From the NCBI GenBank assembly GCA_963749495.1, contig CAVVMW010000015.1, positions 462,777-526,776 of the forward strand: a DNA stretch of 64,000 nt. Reading direction: 5' to 3'. How positions within the stretch are numbered: position 1 is the first letter of the stretch; each line of letters opens with the position of its first letter. The DNA comes from an uncultured bacterium. Lineage in GTDB: Bacteria; Verrucomicrobiota; Verrucomicrobiia; Limisphaerales; UBA8199. This document shows positions 19,562-29,569 of the stretch, piece after piece. The notes under the pieces were generated by a model that was given only the letters and a program-made list of their open reading frames with translations, had not been told where the DNA came from and searched no databases. Both the position numbers and the translations under genes were made by a program.

Positions 19562-21138
19562 ATGAACGGAGAAATCAGCCGGCGTGATGCCGAGGACAAG
19601 CCCAATGCCGGGCCCGCTGAGGGTGGGTTCATCCGCGGCCTGGGCTTCCTGGACTCGACGATGCTGGTGGCGGGTTCGATGGTGGGCTGGGGATCTTCAT
19701 CGTCTCGGCCGATATCGGGCGGCAGGTGGGCTCGGCGGGCTGGCTGCTGGCGGCGTGGGTGGTCACGGGCCTGCTGACCTTGAGCGCGGCGCTGAGCTAC
19801 GGCGAGTTGGCGGCGATGATGCCGCGGGCGGGCGGTCAATACGTCTATCTGCGCGAGGCCTACGGCCCGCTCCTGGGTTTCCTCTACGGCTGGACGCTCT
19901 TCCTGGTCATTCAGACCGGCACCATCGCGGCGGTGGCGGTGGCCTTTTCGCGCTTTCTGGGCGTGGTCGTCCGGCCCGTCTCGCCCACCTCCTGGCTCAT
20001 CCCGCCAATCAATGTCTCGGCCGGATACGCAGTGAGCCTCTCCCAACAGCAACTGGCCGCCATCCTGATTGTGGTGGTCCTGACGCTCACCAACATGCGC
20101 GGACTGCGCCTCGGCAAGTTCATCCAGAACCTGTTCACCTCCGCCAAAATCCTCTCGCTGGCGGCGCTCATTGTGTTGGGCGTGACACTCGGGCGCAACC
20201 CGGAGGCCATCCGGGCCAACTTCAGCAACCTTTGGACCCCGCACGGCGTCTGGCCGGTCCAACCGGAGCTCTCGTTCGTGCCCGTGGCAAGCGCGGCGGC
20301 GGGGGCGTTCGGCCTGTTCGTCGCCTTTTGCGCGGCGCAGGTCGGCTCGCTCTTCTCCTCGGACGCCTGGAACAACATCACCTTCACCGCCGGCGAGGTG
20401 AAGAACCCCAGGCGCAACCTGCCGTTGTCCCTGGCGGCGGGCACCGCCCTGGTGACCGCCCTCTACGTCCTGGCCAACGTCGCCTACCTCTGCGTGTTGC
20501 CGTTGGACCAGATCCAGCACGCCCCGGATGACCGCGTGGCCACAGCAGCGGCCCAGGCGGTGTCCAGCGGCGCCGGCCCGCTCATCATGGCGGTGGCTAT
20601 CATGGTCTCGACCTTCGGGTGCAACAACGGCCTCATCCTGGCCGGCGCGCGCGTCTATTATGCCATGGCGCGCGACGGCTTGTTTTTCCGCGCGACCGGC
20701 AGGCTCAACGCCAGGAGCGTGCCCGCCGCCGGCTTGCTGCTCCAGTGCGCCTGGTCGGCCCTGCTCATCCTGCCGCGCACACGGTTGCGCGATGCGCGCA
20801 CGGGCGCGCCGCTCCTGGACGCCCGCGGCCTCGAGCAATACGGCAATCTCTACAGCAACCTGCTGGATTACGTCATCTTTGCCGTGCTCATTTTTTATGT
20901 CCTGACCATCGCCGGCCTCTTCGTCCTGCGCCGCAAACGGCCGGAGGCGGAGCGGCCCTACCGCGCATTGGGCTACCCGGCGGTGCCCGCCCTTTACCTG
21001 GCCGCCGCCTCCGTCATCATGGTGGTGCTGCTCCTCTACAAGACCCAGACGACCTGGCCGGGGCTGCTCATCGTCCTGGCCGGCGTGCCGGCTTATTTTA
21101 TGTGGAAGCGGCGGGGGAGCCGCGGGTGCCGCCCTTGA
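19562..21138 (+). CDS. APC family amino acid permease (1-nt frameshift near 19688)
   Basis: STMLVAGSMVG|GIFIVSADI, YGELAAMMPRAGGQYVYLREAYG, AGEVKNP; N-terminus in a different frame. Confidence 0.85.
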
Positions 21139-21204
21139 ACCGCACGGACCGTCCGAAAGCCGTTTGGTGTTTACAGCGCCACTGTCGTCTCCTAATGTTA
21201 CTGC

Positions 21205-21399
21205 ATGAGTACGGCGGAACTGATTTATGAGAGGGCCAGGGCACTCCCAGGCCCCCTGCAGACTGAAGCGTTGCACTTTGTGGACTTCCTTCTCTCACGC
21301 CTCGAGGCAAAGCTCGAACATAGGGAGTGGGCGCAGTTCTCGGCCAGCCAGTTGGCGAGACAGTACTCGCCAGCGGACGCGATTTACGACCAGGATTGA
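21205..21399 (+). CDS. DUF2281-like antitoxin
   Basis: 64 aa, LPGPLQTEALHFVDFL; directly upstream of a PemK-like gene. Confidence 0.7.
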   Translation: MSTAELIYERARALPGPLQTEALHFVDFLLSRLEAKLEHREWAQFSASQLARQYSPADAIYDQD

Positions 21400-21405
21400 G
21401 GGGGT

Positions 21406-21747
21406 ATGCGCTATGCGCAAGCTGACATCTTGCTGGTTTCGCTGGCCTTCAGCAGCCAGGTTGGCGTGAAACGCAGGCCGGTGATGGTGGCCTACGATTC
21501 CGGGGATGACGACATATTGGTTGCTCCGATAAGCAGTCACGCAGGCAGGACGCCTTTTGATGTGACAGTCGCGCATTGGCAAGGTTCGGGGTTGCGAATT
21601 CCTTCGGTCGTACGAGTTGACAAATTGGCCACTGTTGAAAAATCGGCCGTTATTCGCCCGCTTGGGAGAATGGTTCCTGCGGACTGGGCTGACATCAAGG
21701 CGGCGTTGCAAAGGCTCTTCGAGACGGTCCTTCCTGGCGGAACCTGA
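21406..21747 (+). CDS. PemK/MazF family toxin
   Basis: KRRPVMV, VAPISS, SGLRIPSVVRVDKLATV. Confidence 0.82.
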   Translation: MRYAQADILLVSLAFSSQVGVKRRPVMVAYDSGDDDILVAPISSHAGRTPFDVTVAHWQGSGLRIPSVVRVDKLATVEKSAVIRPLGRMVPADWADIKAALQRLFETVLPGGT

Positions 21748-21781
21748 TAACCGGGGGCAACCAATCAATGACACTCAACCC

Positions 21782-23350
21782 GTGAACTTGTTGCGACGAA
21801 AGAGTGTGACCGACCTGCAGGCTGAGGCGCTGGCGGATCGGAGCCTCAAACGCGCCCTGGGGCCGTTGAATCTGACCACGCTCGGCATCGGGGCCATCAT
21901 CGGGACCGGCATCTTCGTCCTGACCGGGACGGCTGCCGCCCTGAATGCCGGCCCGGCGGTGGTTCTCTCCTTCGTGTTTGCCGGCGTGGCCTCGGCGTTT
22001 GCCGCTCTCTGTTACTCCGAATTCGCCTCGCTCGTCCCGATGTCCGGCAGCGCCTATACTTACGCCTACGCGACGCTCGGAGAGATTTTTGCCTGGATCA
22101 TCGGCTGGGACCTGGCCCTCGAATACGCGGTCGGGGCGATCACCGTGTCGGTAGGCTGGTCCGGCTATGTGGTTTCGCTCCTGAGAGACTTCGGGATCTA
22201 CATTCCGCCACAACTCTCCGCCGCCCGGGGCATCGAGTTGGTGGACCTTCCGGCCGCTCTGGCCGCTTCCTTGAAAGTGAACGTTGGATGGAATGCCATG
22301 AGCGCAGGCCTGGCCGATCATATGAAGTTGCTGGGCGCCGATCCGGCCAGCCTGCCGCACGTCACGGCGATTTTCAATCTCCCTGCCGTGTTCATCGTTG
22401 CCTTCGTCACCATGATGCTGGTAATCGGGATCCGGGAATCGGCCGGCTTCAACAATGTGATCGTTTTCCTCAAGATTGCGGTCGTGCTCCTGTTTATCGT
22501 CGGGGCCATCCACGCGATCAATCCCGCCAACTGGCATCCGTTCGTCCCGGAGAACGCGGGGGTCTGGGGCAAATTCGGCTGGTCGGGCGTCATGCAAGGG
22601 GCGAGCCTGGTCTTCTTTGCCTATATCGGATTCAACGCGGTCAGCACGGCCGCCCAGGAGGCGAAAAATCCCCAGCGTGACATGCCCATCGGGATCATCG
22701 GCTCGCTGGTAATCTGCACCGTGCTCTACATCCTGGTCTCGGGGATTGCCACGGGCATCGTCCCCTACCTGGACCTCAACGATCCGGCGCCGATTGCACT
22801 GGCTGCCGACCGGGCCAATATGGGTTGGATGGCGCGGGTCATCAAAGTCGGCGCCATTGCCGGCCTTTCGTCCGTGATTCTGGTCATGATGCTCGGGCAA
22901 ACCCGAGTGTTCTGGACGATGTCCAGGGACGGCTTGCTGCCTCAATTCGTGAGCAAAGTCCATCCGCGGTTTCAAACTCCCTGGCTCGTGACCATTGCCA
23001 CGGGCATCGTGGTCGCGTTCTTCGGCGCGCTCATGCCCGTTCGGGATGCGGGCAACCTCTGCAACATCGGCACCCTCCTGGCCTTTGCCATCGTCTCCAT
23101 CGGCGTGCTCATCCTCCGGCTGCGCGAGCCGGACCTGCCGCGGAGATTCAAGACGCCGATGGTCTGGCTCGTCGCCCCCATGGGCGCGCTCTCGGCCTTG
23201 GGATTGATGGTTTTCCTGCCGCGCCTGACCTGGATTCGGCTCGGCGTTTGGTTTGCCATCGGAATGGTCTTCTATCTCTCCTACGGGATGCGCCGCAGCA
23301 AACTGGCCCGGACACCCGCCCCGACAGCGCCCGTGAACGGCAACCCGTAG
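21782..23350 (+). CDS. APC family (cationic-type) amino acid permease
   Basis: LGIGAIIGTGIFVL, ALCYSEFAS, GSAYTYAYATLGE, FFAYIGF, QEAKNPQRD; GTG start inferred. Confidence 0.9.
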   Translation: MNLLRRKSVTDLQAEALADRSLKRALGPLNLTTLGIGAIIGTGIFVLTGTAAALNAGPAVVLSFVFAGVASAFAALCYSEFASLVPMSGSAYTYAYATLGEIFAWIIGWDLALEYAVGAITVSVGWSGYVVSLLRDFGIYIPPQLSAARGIELVDLPAALAASLKVNVGWNAMSAGLADHMKLLGADPASLPHVTAIFNLPAVFIVAFVTMMLVIGIRESAGFNNVIVFLKIAVVLLFIVGAIHAINPANWHPFVPENAGVWGKFGWSGVMQGASLVFFAYIGFNAVSTAAQEAKNPQRDMPIGIIGSLVICTVLYILVSGIATGIVPYLDLNDPAPIALAADRANMGWMARVIKVGAIAGLSSVILVMMLGQTRVFWTMSRDGLLPQFVSKVHPRFQTPWLVTIATGIVVAFFGALMPVRDAGNLCNIGTLLAFAIVSIGVLILRLREPDLPRRFKTPMVWLVAPMGALSALGLMVFLPRLTWIRLGVWFAIGMVFYLSYGMRRSKLARTPAPTAPVNGNP

Positions 23351-23460
23351 GCCGCTGGCTGCCCCTCGACCCTCGACCCTCGGCCCGCAGCCCTCGACCG
23401 CCGCATCGAGCATGAACAACCCGGCCTGGTGCAGCGTCCATTAAGCGAAGGTTTTGGAAT

Positions 23461-23805
23461 ATGAAAACATCGATGCTGGCAGTGCTGGTTTTGGGGGCGG
23501 CTGCGTTTTCCCTGCTCACGGGGTGCGTCGAGCGTCCGGTGTATGTCCAGGGTCCGCCGGTGGCCGCTCCGCCGCCCGTCGAGGGGGTGGTGAGCGTAGC
23601 GCCGCCGCCACCTCCGGCGGAAGTCTATGGGGCCCCGCCCGGGCCGGAGTATGTATGGGTGCCGGGCTCCTGGACGTGGCGTGGGCGTTGGGTCTGGGCG
23701 GGGGGCAGTTGGATGGTCCGTCCGCATCCCAGCGCGATTTATGTGCCGGGCCACTGGCACCGCCGCGGCCATGGTTGGGTCTGGATCGGCGGCTACTGGC
23801 GGTAG
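23461..23805 (+). CDS. YXWGXW-repeat lipoprotein
   Basis: LLTGC lipobox, YVWVPGSW / WVWAGGSW / WVWIGGYW repeats. Confidence 0.8.
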   Translation: MKTSMLAVLVLGAAAFSLLTGCVERPVYVQGPPVAAPPPVEGVVSVAPPPPPAEVYGAPPGPEYVWVPGSWTWRGRWVWAGGSWMVRPHPSAIYVPGHWHRRGHGWVWIGGYWR

Positions 23806-24091
23806 CGGCCGCGGCAAGGGATGCCGGACAGCAACCCTCCGCGGAGCGGGGCGCATCCCGACTGTACCACCGGAGCGCGGCCTTTAGTCCGCTTAGACCG
23901 CCCAAGAACCGCTCCACGCTCGATTTAGCTGAGGTGCTCAAAGTTCAAAGAACCGAAAGGAGGCCCGGCCTACGAAGAGACCCGAACCAGTTGGCGGGGC
24001 GGCCGCTGTAAGCGGACTAAAGTCCGCGCTCCGATCCCCTGGCATTCGGTAGCGGCCGCGGCAAGGGATGCCGGACAGCAACCCTCCGCGG
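23800..24091. repeat. 45-bp direct repeat (23800-23844, 24047-24091) enclosing a REP-like palindrome (23871-24033)
   Basis: CGGTAGCGGCCGCGGCAAGGGATGCCGGACAGCAACCCTCCGCGG occurs twice; inner arms CGGAGCGCGG(C/A)CTTTAGTCCGCT. Confidence 0.85.
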
Positions 24092-24175
24092 GGCAACCCT
24101 TCGCGGTGCGGATTTTTTTAAATCCGAGCTTGCATTTCTGCCAGGTTCCCGTAGTTTGTCCGCGCCTGCTTGGAA

Positions 24176-24252
24176 GCGAGCGTAGCTCAGTCTGGTAGAG
24201 CGTCACCTTGCCAAGGTGAATGTCGAGGGTTCGAATCCCTTCGCTCGCTCCA
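24176..24252 (+). tRNA. tRNA-Gly(GCC)
   Basis: GCGAGCG acceptor stem, D-arm AGCTCAGTCTGGTAGAGC, anticodon loop TTGCCAA, GGTTCGAATCC T-arm, encoded CCA; TTGCAT/TAGTTT promoter upstream. Confidence 0.97.
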
Positions 24253-24712
24253 TCTTTGTAATCAACGACTTGCAGAATCACACCTCATTCGGCATAACAT
24301 TCTCGCATAACACGTTCAACGCTGTTCAAGCCTGTTCCTGGGAGTAATTTGGTCGCTTCCCAGCCTTCTGGATGACCGCGTTGCTTCGTCTGCGCCGTCA
24401 TCAAGCCCCACTCAACTCCCAGAATCTTCTCTTTGTCCTTGGCCCATTTTGTTTTGGGTGCATCTTTTTCGACCACCCCCTAGCGGATGTCCAACCCCCT
24501 CCGCGAGAATTGGCGACATGAACAGAAAACCACAATTCATGCCGGCGAACCAGGCCTCAGGAACGGACCGGTCCGGCCAAGCGCCAAAACTTCTTGAACG
24601 ACCTGCCCCGAAGGCCGAGGATGGCGCACCTTCCGAGATTGCCGCACTTCTTGCTGGACAGCCTGGCAGGGCCTTTGTTATTCCGCACCGCAACAGAGCC
24701 AATCGAACCATT

Positions 24713-25495
24713 ATGAAAAAGCATCTGAATGTTCTTAGCGCGGCGATTTTGTCGCTCACACTCTTGGCGGCGAACGCGCAGAACGGCCCGCGCGGCGGCA
24801 TGGGCGGCGCGCCTCCTGGCCCGCGCTTGGGCGGCGACATGGCGAAACTCTTCGGCGACAATTCCGCCTTCTCCGCCAATCTCGAAATGCACATGGCCGG
24901 CGGCGCGGACGCCGGGGAGATCACGATGAGGGGCAAAATCGCCTGCCTCGAAGGCAAATCCCGCTTCGAGATGGATATGACGGAAATGAAGAACAGCAAA
25001 ATGACGCCGAGAAGCGTCGCGCAAATGAAGCAAATGGGCATGGACAAAGTCGTCACTATCTCCCGTGCTGACAAAAGCCGTTCCTACACGGTTTATCCCG
25101 GGCTACAGGCCTATGTGGAAAGCACGAGTCAGGATCCGGATGCCGCCAAGCCTGCGTCTGATTTCAAGATCAACATCACCGAACTGGGCAAGGAAACCGT
25201 GAACGGCCACGACTGCGTGAAAAACAAAGTCATCGTAACCGGCAGCCCAGGAAAAACCCATGAGTCCATAGTGTGGAATGCGTCCGATCTCAAGAAATTC
25301 CCGGTCAAAATCGTCACGGGCGAGGGCGGCAAGGAGATGACCCTGTTTTTCAAAGACGTGCAGCTTGGCCCACCCGACGCCGCTCAATTTGAGCCCCCGG
25401 CGGACTTCAAGAAATACGACAGCATGATGACGATGATGCAGCAGGAAATGATGAAGCGGATGGGCGCCGGCAGAGGGATGCCACCCGGCCAATAG
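24713..25495 (+). CDS. Secreted DUF4412-like protein
   Basis: Signal peptide from MKKHLN; LGKETVNGHDCVK and FEPPADFKK motifs. Confidence 0.65.
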   Translation: MKKHLNVLSAAILSLTLLAANAQNGPRGGMGGAPPGPRLGGDMAKLFGDNSAFSANLEMHMAGGADAGEITMRGKIACLEGKSRFEMDMTEMKNSKMTPRSVAQMKQMGMDKVVTISRADKSRSYTVYPGLQAYVESTSQDPDAAKPASDFKINITELGKETVNGHDCVKNKVIVTGSPGKTHESIVWNASDLKKFPVKIVTGEGGKEMTLFFKDVQLGPPDAAQFEPPADFKKYDSMMTMMQQEMMKRMGAGRGMPPGQ

Positions 25496-25579
25496 GGAAC
25501 GTGCGAGGGTCGCTTAGAGTTCGCGCAATTCGTGCGTTTGCTGTTGCAACACTGGCGTTTTTTGTCAACCATGCCGGGC

Positions 25580-26266
25580 ATGAATACTCGAAAATACGGC
25601 TTGCCGCTGTCCTCCAGAATCTTCGCCGCCCGCATCGGTGTCTTCCGCGCGTGCCCCAGGCGCTTGTGGGGGGCCGGGCTGATTGCCTGCCTTCTATTGG
25701 CCGGGCTTGAGGCCGCCCGCGCCCAGGAACAGTTACCGCGCGAGACCGCGCTCAAAGGCGCTTTCATCGTCAGCCTCAACCTCAAGGAGATGCTCAATAC
25801 GCCCATCCCGACCGACCCGGATGTGAAGCGGCCTGTGGCGGTGGGCCACGAAGGTCATGGCGGCATGGTCCTGCCGGAGACCAAGCTCAGCGCCGAAACG
25901 TTCGCCAAGGCCGGCAAGGACGTGACGCCGGTCGGCCAACTCTGGATGCTCAAGCTGGTCCCGATTAGCGACGGGCAGCCGTTGCAGACGAGCAAGCTGC
26001 GCGTCGTTCATGTGAAGAGCGAGGACAGCGAAGCCAACGTCGTCTGCTGCGCGCTGGGCGTTCGCAAGGATGCCGACGGCGGGCTGGAGTTGCTCATCTA
26101 CGGCAAGGACAAAGAGCCGGTGCTGCGCGTCCCCTTGAAGGCCCTCTCCGCGCAGCAGGAGAACCCCATCGAAATGTCCGCTGAAGCCAGAGACAACAGC
26201 GGCCTGGTAACCCTAAAACTGGTGGGCAAGTACCAGGCCAGCTTCACGGTGACGGAGCCGGAGTGA
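25580..26266 (+). CDS. Secreted hypothetical protein
   Basis: Signal-like segment ending AARA; high-GC3 codon usage. Confidence 0.65.
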   Translation: MNTRKYGLPLSSRIFAARIGVFRACPRRLWGAGLIACLLLAGLEAARAQEQLPRETALKGAFIVSLNLKEMLNTPIPTDPDVKRPVAVGHEGHGGMVLPETKLSAETFAKAGKDVTPVGQLWMLKLVPISDGQPLQTSKLRVVHVKSEDSEANVVCCALGVRKDADGGLELLIYGKDKEPVLRVPLKALSAQQENPIEMSAEARDNSGLVTLKLVGKYQASFTVTEPE

Positions 26267-26466
26267 CAGCGGCTTGGCCCTCGGGTGCGGGACAAAAAAG
26301 TAACTTCCGTTGAAGAGACCAAGGCAGGCGTTGTTTGTTCCCTTCGGTGATTGTATCTATGCGGATGCAACCGCAAGGAACGGGGCTGCCCCAATGCCGG
26401 CCAATCCCCCCCGGGATCGCTGAACGGCTTTGTTTTCCGCGTATTCCGCGTGTTCCGCGGTTGCCC

Positions 26467-26594
26467 TCAGGTGCCATAGCCGCATCGGCCCCGCTCCGCC
26501 GCGATGCGCTCGATTTGGAGCTTGGGATAATGGCCAAAGTTGACCAACAGCCCGAGCTTGAACCCGCTCGCCTTGAGGTAGTTTTGGTTTCCAT
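26467..26594 (-). pseudogene. GxxExxY (PD-(D/E)XK-like) protein remnant, C-terminus only
   Basis: Manual translation NYLKASGFKLGLLVNFGHYPKLQIERI...stop, joined out of frame to an ATG at 26594; flanked by 29-bp inverted 9-mer arrays. Confidence 0.75.
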
Positions 26595-26714
26595 GGCGGG
26601 TGAGTCTGGCAAAGCTGCGAAGAAGAATGAACCGCGGAATACGCGGAATACGCGGAAATGAACAGGTCTAATAGTTACTATTTTCTCTCGCACCCCTGGC
26701 CCGCGCAGCACCAA

Positions 26715-26850
26715 CCTTCTCGACTCGCGCGCCCGCGGCGGGGCCCATGGGGACAGCGATGTGGACCTGCTCGTTGTCCTCGCCGAAGCCAAAGACCGCG
26801 CAGCCGAGACAGTGCGCCCGACCCGCGTGCTGTCAGTTCTTCGCCGCCAC
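26715..26850 (+). pseudogene. Degenerate minimal nucleotidyltransferase (MNT) fragment
   Basis: SRARG and (frameshifted) DSDVDLLVV resemble the GS..RG...SD.DL motif. Confidence 0.45.
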
Positions 26851-26989
26851 GATGGCGAGCCTGGTGTTGGTTATGCTGCCGACGATGATTGCCGTTTGGC
26901 TGCCGGTGATTCAGTTCATCCAGATTGCAACAAAGAAGTAGTGCGGTTGCCGCCGAACGTGATCAGAGGACTCCTCGCTCGCCTGGGTC

Positions 26990-27568
26990 TCAGCGTTTCA
27001 ATTCGCAAGTCAAAATGTCCGTTCCCTGCATCTTCGTGATGACTTTCTTGACGTGCCTTTCCTCAATCGTTTTCGCCCCATCCTTTGAAACGGCTAGAAA
27101 TTCACCATCAGGATCCTCGTCATAAATCACGAACATGTGCCACCCGTGGCCGGAGGTCAGCGACACAATCACAAACCGGCCGGCCTTCAGTTCACGGTCA
27201 ATGGTCTCAAACAGCTTGGCCAGCGGAAACTGCCCATTGCGATCCAAACCGAACTGTTTGTGGAACGTGACCCCTTGGATCGTCTTCCCATCAAAATCTC
27301 TGAAATTGCCATCCGCCTTTTCTTTCCATGGCGTTTGCAGTTCGTAATATGAACGTGGCACCCGTCCTAACAACTTCAGGACCATTTCAATCAACATCGG
27401 AATGCAGGACATGCCGTAGCGTTGCTCGTGGTCATCAACGATTTGCCGATTGAACTTGGTCAGGCAGGTCTTGGGGACCGCATCCTTTTTGTTCTCCTGC
27501 GCGTTAATGCCCGGCAGGAGCGAGCAGAGGAGCAGCACGGCGAACAAGTTGATTGCGGGTTTACGCAT
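26990..27568 (-). CDS. Secreted hypothetical protein, possibly C39-like cysteine-peptidase fold
   Basis: Signal peptide; Q...MSC and GWHMFVIYD spacing; lower GC than neighbours. Confidence 0.6.
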   Translation of the reverse strand: MRKPAINLFAVLLLCSLLPGINAQENKKDAVPKTCLTKFNRQIVDDHEQRYGMSCIPMLIEMVLKLLGRVPRSYYELQTPWKEKADGNFRDFDGKTIQGVTFHKQFGLDRNGQFPLAKLFETIDRELKAGRFVIVSLTSGHGWHMFVIYDEDPDGEFLAVSKDGAKTIEERHVKKVITKMQGTDILTCELKR

Positions 27569-28277
27569 GGGCCACGATTAGCAGAACCTGGGAAGAAATG
27601 GAAGACCGAATGTTCTTCAGAAATCCTGGGCGGGCATGCCACGTAAGCTCCACTGGGCATCATCACCGCCATTGAAGGGAGCATATTCCGTGCCTGATCT
27701 TTGCGTCCGCAGCGCCATTGTGCTCAGTCACGAGTTGGCCGGCTGATGTCCCTTCCGGGACATCTAGATCAGCCTGTTAGCCTAAAACCCGCCCGCATTG
27801 GACTCACCTGCGCCCAGGACTCCCACTTCGCGGCCATTGGCCAAGATGGTGAGGAACACCACGGCTGAGCGTCGCGTTCAGGTCGATACCCGCGGCCGTC
27901 ATCCCCGTGACGATGAGGGCCAGGCCCAGCGTCACCGCACCGCGGAAAGACAAGCCTCTCGGCGGTTTCCAGGCGTCACCCAGGATCATGATGAGGAACC
28001 TGGGTTTTTTCGAGCCGGTGTCACGAAGACATTTGATTCACATCGCGAGGGAGGCCCGATCGGACACTGCCCCCGCAGGCTTTGCCGAAGGACCGGAGCG
28101 CGGGCTTTAGCCCGCTTCGGGCGCCCAATGTTCAATAGGCCCGCCAGAAGAGTCCAAGTCCGCGCTCCGGAGCAGTGTACCATTGCCCCCTCGCAACGGT
28201 GCCGTCTTTATTGTGGCTTGCTCGGGCCAAGCCAAGGACTATTCTCCTGACAATCACATGAAACCATTTTCCGGATT

Positions 28278-29520
28278 GTGAATGCGCTCTTATTCAGCGG
28301 TTTGCTTCTGTCGGCAGCAGCGTGCGCGGCCGGAATCGGCCCGAGTCCTGTGAAGCCGGCTGCGGTGACCATGGCCGACCTGGCCAGGCAAACGCCCCAG
28401 GGGGTTTCGGCCCTCGAGGTGAACGACTACGCGCCGGGCCACTACCGCGGCGCGCTGGCCCCCAGTCCGCCGCACGCGGACGTGAACGCCAAGAAGGCAG
28501 TGGTCGTGTTCTGGAAGCGCCGTCCCGAGCGGTTCATCTTCAGCCATGAAGCGAGCTACTGTCCAGTGCTGGAGTTGCCCGGCGGCGCCGCCATGTGCAA
28601 CCAGTTCTTCGAAGGGAACCTGGGCGATGCCGAGTTGTTCAACAGCATGGGGCGCAAGGAACGCAACAGTTTCGTGGACATTATCGAGAGTGGGCCGCGG
28701 CGCGTCTGGGTAAGATGGACCTATTTCTGTGTCAACATGAACAACGACGCCAGGCCGCGGCTGCGGGGCACGGAGGATTACTTCGCTTACCCCAACGGGC
28801 TCGATTCTGCGCCGCATGAGCTACGAGAGTCTGATGCCGGAGGATATCGCCGGCTACAGCACCCAACCCGTTGAGTTGTTTGGTGTGGCGCCCGCCGGCT
28901 CGACGATTAAAGACCTCTTTCCTCGCGATGCGGAGCGAGGCGATTACCAGACCCACACCGTGCTCGATCTATACAGCGGCCTGCGCTACGACATTTTCTG
29001 GGATGAGAACGGCGGTGTCCGGCGCGTGGGTGATGATGCCACTCTCGCGGCCATCGCGCGGTCAAGAGGGTGCGTGTTGGCGCTGCCGTTCAAGGAGAAG
29101 TTGCTCTTTGCCGTGCTCGGCGAGGCCAGCGGGTTCCCGCCCGGGAGAAACCAGTTGGTTGACCACTGCACGCCTGGAGCCGAGGGCGGTTGTGGTTGGG
29201 GCACGGGGCTTTGGGATCATTGGCCGGTAGGCTGGCTGAACTCGCAGACGTCCTACTGGAAGCCTGGCTCGCCGTACCCGTTCAGCTTTGGGTCGGTGGG
29301 GCAGTTCTTCGTCCCGGCCGGCAAACGGATCAAATCGTTCGCCAAGGACTACCCGGAGTTCTGCAAGGATATGGAGCTCAACCGTTGGACCGAACGCCGC
29401 GTGTTCTGCGTGCTGCTGGGCGCGGCGCGCGATATGGGCGAAGTGCGCCGCATCGGACGCAAGTGGCTCGACAAGGGCGCCTCTTGCGCAAAGCCGGAGA
29501 GCATTGCCAATCTGCGATGA
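28278..29520 (+). CDS. Secreted hypothetical protein (frameshift near 28805)
   Basis: Two overlapping ORFs (28278-28874, 28816-29520) that read as one protein across YPNGL|..RRMSYES. Confidence 0.6.
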
Positions 29521-29569
29521 AGTTGACTTTGGGTCCGCGTCTGCCAGCATCCAGACCAACTATCAGTAT

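Noticed and set aside
24285..24476. 63-aa ORF after tRNA-Gly as an integrase remnant
   Set aside because: No recombinase motifs recognisable.
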